Source: Azolla caroliniana
Taxonomy: Eukaryota > Plantae > Polypodiophyta
Direction: 5' to 3'
Length of the DNA: 11,904 bases
NCBI GenBank assembly: GCA_043228905.1
Contig: JBHGNT010001118.1
Coordinates: forward strand, 1 to 11,904
The position numbers and the translations under genes are program-made. The notes beneath the pieces were generated by a model, which did no database searches, was not told the DNA's origin, and saw nothing but the letters and a program-made list of their open reading frames with translations. Positions 8,581 to 11,904 of this stretch are shown piece after piece. Position 1 is the stretch's first letter, and the number at the start of each line of letters is the position of its first letter.

Positions 8581-11500
8581 ATAGGAAGAAAACTCTCGGA
8601 GTAAAACATGTACGAATCGGTCCGGATGGGGCATCTACGTACACGACCGTAACTGGAGGATTGAAGAAAGGATACCGACAAGTGGAGGATAAGTTGCGGT
8701 CGGCATCAATAATAAAGGAAGATGAAGAAATCGTGGGGATAGTCGAAGAAGTGTTCTATGGGAGCACGCTACAACGACTTGAAGAGCTTGCGGAAGATAA
8801 AAGCCAAGGAAACCGGGTAGTCCCAGTGGAATCGGTCGAGATGTACGAGATCATTGCGAAAATGGAGCCGGATACGCTCTGCAAAGAAGAAGCAATGGTA
8901 AGTACGAAATACAAGACCGTGGAGAAGAAGGTGAAACCGGTCGCGGGACCACTACCCGCCGATAGCGAGCAAAAGAGGAAAGAAGTCTCGAGAGATCCGA
9001 CACTTCGGAAGTCCGTGGATATCGGACATGCCTTCACGGATGAGACCCGAAAGAAACTTCGGATCGGTGGAGGTGGGTTCCTATTACAAAAAGAAGAAGA
9101 ACGGTTTCGCGAGATGTTGGAGCAACACGGCAAAGCGTTAGCATTTACATCAAGGGAGATAGGGTGCGTCGATCCGAGAATAGTGGAGCCGATGGTGATC
9201 TTCACGATTGACCATGTACCGTGGAACCTGAAGCCGATTCCGGTGCCACGAGCGCATATTCCGAAAGTCGTTGACTTGCTCAAGGAGAAGGTGGCGATGG
9301 GGATTCTAGAGCCATCAACTGCTCCGTACTCGAATCGATGGTTTACAGTTCCGAAGAAGAATGGGTCACTCCGATTTATCCAAGACTTGTAACCGGTGAA
9401 TAAGGTCACGATCCGGAACTCGGGAGTCAGTCCGATAGTGGACGAATTTGCGGAAGCTTTTGCCGGTCGTGCGATATACTCCATCGGAGACCTATACTCG
9501 GGGTATGACCAATTCCAACTTGCCATGGAGAGCCGAGACATCACAACCATGCGAACACCGATAGGATTAGTCCGAATGTGCACACTACCACAAGGAGAGA
9601 CAAACTCGGTTGCTCATATGATGAACGCGATGAACAAGGTGCTTCGAGACTGCATTCCGGAGATAACGATGCCGTTCCTCGATGACATTCCGATGAAAGG
9701 ATGCGCGGTAGAAGAAAAAGATGAGACTATGGATGATCGGGGATGCCGAAAGTTCGTGGTCGACCATATTCATGATTGCAAGAAAGTGTTGCGAAAACTA
9801 GAAGATGTGCACCTAACACTTTCCGGGGAGAAATCGGCATTCGGGCAAGAAGAAATATTGGTGGTCGGACATCTATGTGGGCCCTACGGCCGAAGACCGT
9901 CATCAACAAAGATCGATGCGATTCAAGCTATGGAGGAAATATGCGAGTCAACATCCGAAGTCCGAAGGTTTCTTGGTGCATGTGCATTCTATCACATATG
10001 GATTCCGCACTATGCACATATAGCGGACCCGCTCTACCGCTTGTTGCGGAAAGGTAAGAAATTTGAATGGAAACCGGAACACACCAAAGCCATGAAGAAA
10101 TTGAAGAAGACACTTCGGAGGGCGGAAGCACTTAAGAAGCCGAGCTACGACCGACCGATCATAGTAACGGTTGATACAAGTCCAACCGGTATCGGGTGGG
10201 TCATCAATCAAGCCGACTCGGATGGTTCGCAGTATCCGATCCGATTCGGAGCAAAGGTTCTCAATGAAAGGCAACGTGGATATGCACAAGTCAAAAGAGA
10301 ACTGTGGGGAGTCGTGTCGGCGATAAAATCAGATCGGGATTATTTGATCGGAGCCGAAGTGGTGATCGAGACGGATTGTCTTCCGATACTCGGGATGATG
10401 CGGTGTTGTACGATAACGGATGTAGCTATGCTAAGGTGGGTTGCATATGTCAAGTCGCTTAATCCGGAGGTTCGACACATCGAGGGGAAGGACAACGCGG
10501 TAGCGGATATGTTATCAAGGGCTCGGTTCGGAGATGACATAACTGAATCAGATAATGAAGAAGTTTCCGAAGACTACTTCGCGTCGGAGCACATATGCCG
10601 AGTGAACGTAATCCGAGAATTCCGGGAAGAAGAATACGAGGGAGAAAGCTTGATGATCGGAAAGATGTTACAGGAGGCCGAGGATTCAACAAATGATAAA
10701 GGAAGAAGAGCCGAGATCCGAAGGAAGAAGAGGCAAATCCAAAAGTTCTTCTTGGAAAACGGATTAATATGGAGGGCGCCGAAAAGACCGGATGGGATAC
10801 CACTTCAAGTAGTTGGGACAAAAGAGCAACGAAACTGGATAATGTCCGAGTTTCACGAATCTGATTGGGCTGGACACCGAGGAACATGGGCAACATTTGT
10901 AAAGATCAAGCAAAAATATTGGTGGAAGAAAATGTACAAAGATGTCGTGGAGTTCACGGAAAGCTGCGAGAAATGTCAAGTCTACTCCGGGGTTCGACAT
11001 CGAGATGAGTTACATCCGACATTCTCACCGACAATCAACTTCAAGTGGATGGTCGACAAAGTGGCCATGCCGACCGGGATCGGACAAAATAAATACTTGG
11101 TATTAGCTCGGGAAGATCTCACGCATCAAGTAGAAGGTCGAGCGCTTCAGAGGAAAACGTGTTCCGCGGTATGCCAATTTCTTTTGGAGGAAGTATTTTG
11201 CAGGTACGGGTGCGTAGGACAAGTGATTGCGGACCGGGGAGAACTCGACTCGGACAAAGCTAGGGGATTCTTCGCCAAACATGGAGTTCGGTTATCGCTG
11301 ACAGCGGCATACAATCCGGAGGCCAACGGGAAAATCGAACGAGGACATAGTCCGATCGTGAAAGCACTTGCGAAAGCATGCGATGGAAAGGTGAAGGACT
11401 AGCCGCAGATGCTTCCATATGCACTATGGGCGGATCGGACGACGCATAGTTCCGTAACCGGTTAAATGCCGGCAGAACTCATGACCGGACAAGCACCGGT

Positions 11501-11904
11501 AATGCCGACGGAAACTGCGATCGCAACATGGACAGTGCTACCGTGGAAGGAAGAGATGAGCCGGGAAGAACTACTAGCGGTCCGGATACAACAACTAGAG
11601 GGAAGACCGGCAGACATAGCGGAAGCAATACGCCGACAACAAGAAGCACGATTCCGGAACAAAAGCCGGTTCGACACAAAGCACCGACTACGACCGAGGA
11701 GGATTGAAGAAGGAGATTCGGTGATCGTCTATGACAGTAGTTTGGACCATCAACATACAACAATGTGGAAATTCGCGAAAAGGTGGTTTGGGCCATACGA
11801 GGTTCGGAAAGTATTTGACAACGGAACGTACCGACTGTCCGAGTTGGATGGAACAATACTACGAGTGCCTATAGCCGGGAAGCGGGTGAAGATTTTCAAG
11901 AAGC
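8523..11904 (+). pseudogene. pol: Gypsy pol (reverse transcriptase, RNase H, integrase) with three in-frame stops; runs off the window
   Basis: RT motifs PKKNGSLRFIQDL, DLYSGYDQF, LPQG, FLDD (9675-9686). RNase H motifs VDTSPTGIG, ELWG, ETDC, ADMLSR. Integrase HHCC (FHESDWAGH...CEKC), D-D-E (WMVD, IADRGE, KIERGH) and GPY/F motif RWFGPY. Stops at 9390, 11400 and 11463, with no frameshifts. Confidence 0.95.

Larger units (their letters stand above)
5740..11904 (+). mobile_element. Element D: Ty3/gypsy LTR retrotransposon; continues beyond the right edge
   Basis: LTR, PBS, gag-protease, then RT, RNase H and integrase in gypsy domain order. Confidence 0.95.

Noticed and set aside
8756-9583. 275-aa minus-strand ORF and other short minus ORFs over gag-pol
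   Set aside because: Antisense mirrors of the RT and gag codons with no independent protein motifs.
3368-11904. One single gypsy element with an antisense ORF upstream of gag
   Set aside because: A second LTR with its own terminal repeats and tRNA-Trp PBS (5740-6464) precedes gag and truncates the antisense ORF, so there are two elements.

Overview
The whole window is a nest of four decayed plant-type LTR retrotransposons with no host gene. (A) 1-2570, minus strand: Ty1/copia (Tnt1/Tork-like) with a 290-bp 5' LTR, tRNA-iMet PBS and a gag-pol pseudogene whose integrase core is deleted in frame. (B) 2571-3367, plus strand: a pol remnant of a different, older copia element, cut on the left by A and on the right by C. 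(C) 3368-5739: an unclassified LTR element with a 469-bp LTR and tRNA-Arg-like PBS. Directly after the PBS it carries a broken antisense ORF of about 620 codons (long coiled coil, acidic tail) instead of gag. (D) 5740 to the window end, plus strand: a Ty3/gypsy element inserted into C's ORF, with a 704-bp LTR, tRNA-Trp PBS, a gag-protease ORF and an RT-RNaseH-integrase ORF in the -1 frame. The two D ORFs are joined by a G_GAU_UUU slippery site plus a predicted H-type pseudoknot. The best novelty candidates are C's antisense gene and apparently bidirectional LTR, D's frameshift placed after the protease, and the tRNA-like and RY/G-box modules in D's LTR. A moss-like host is my impression only. 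No database searches or folding programs were run.
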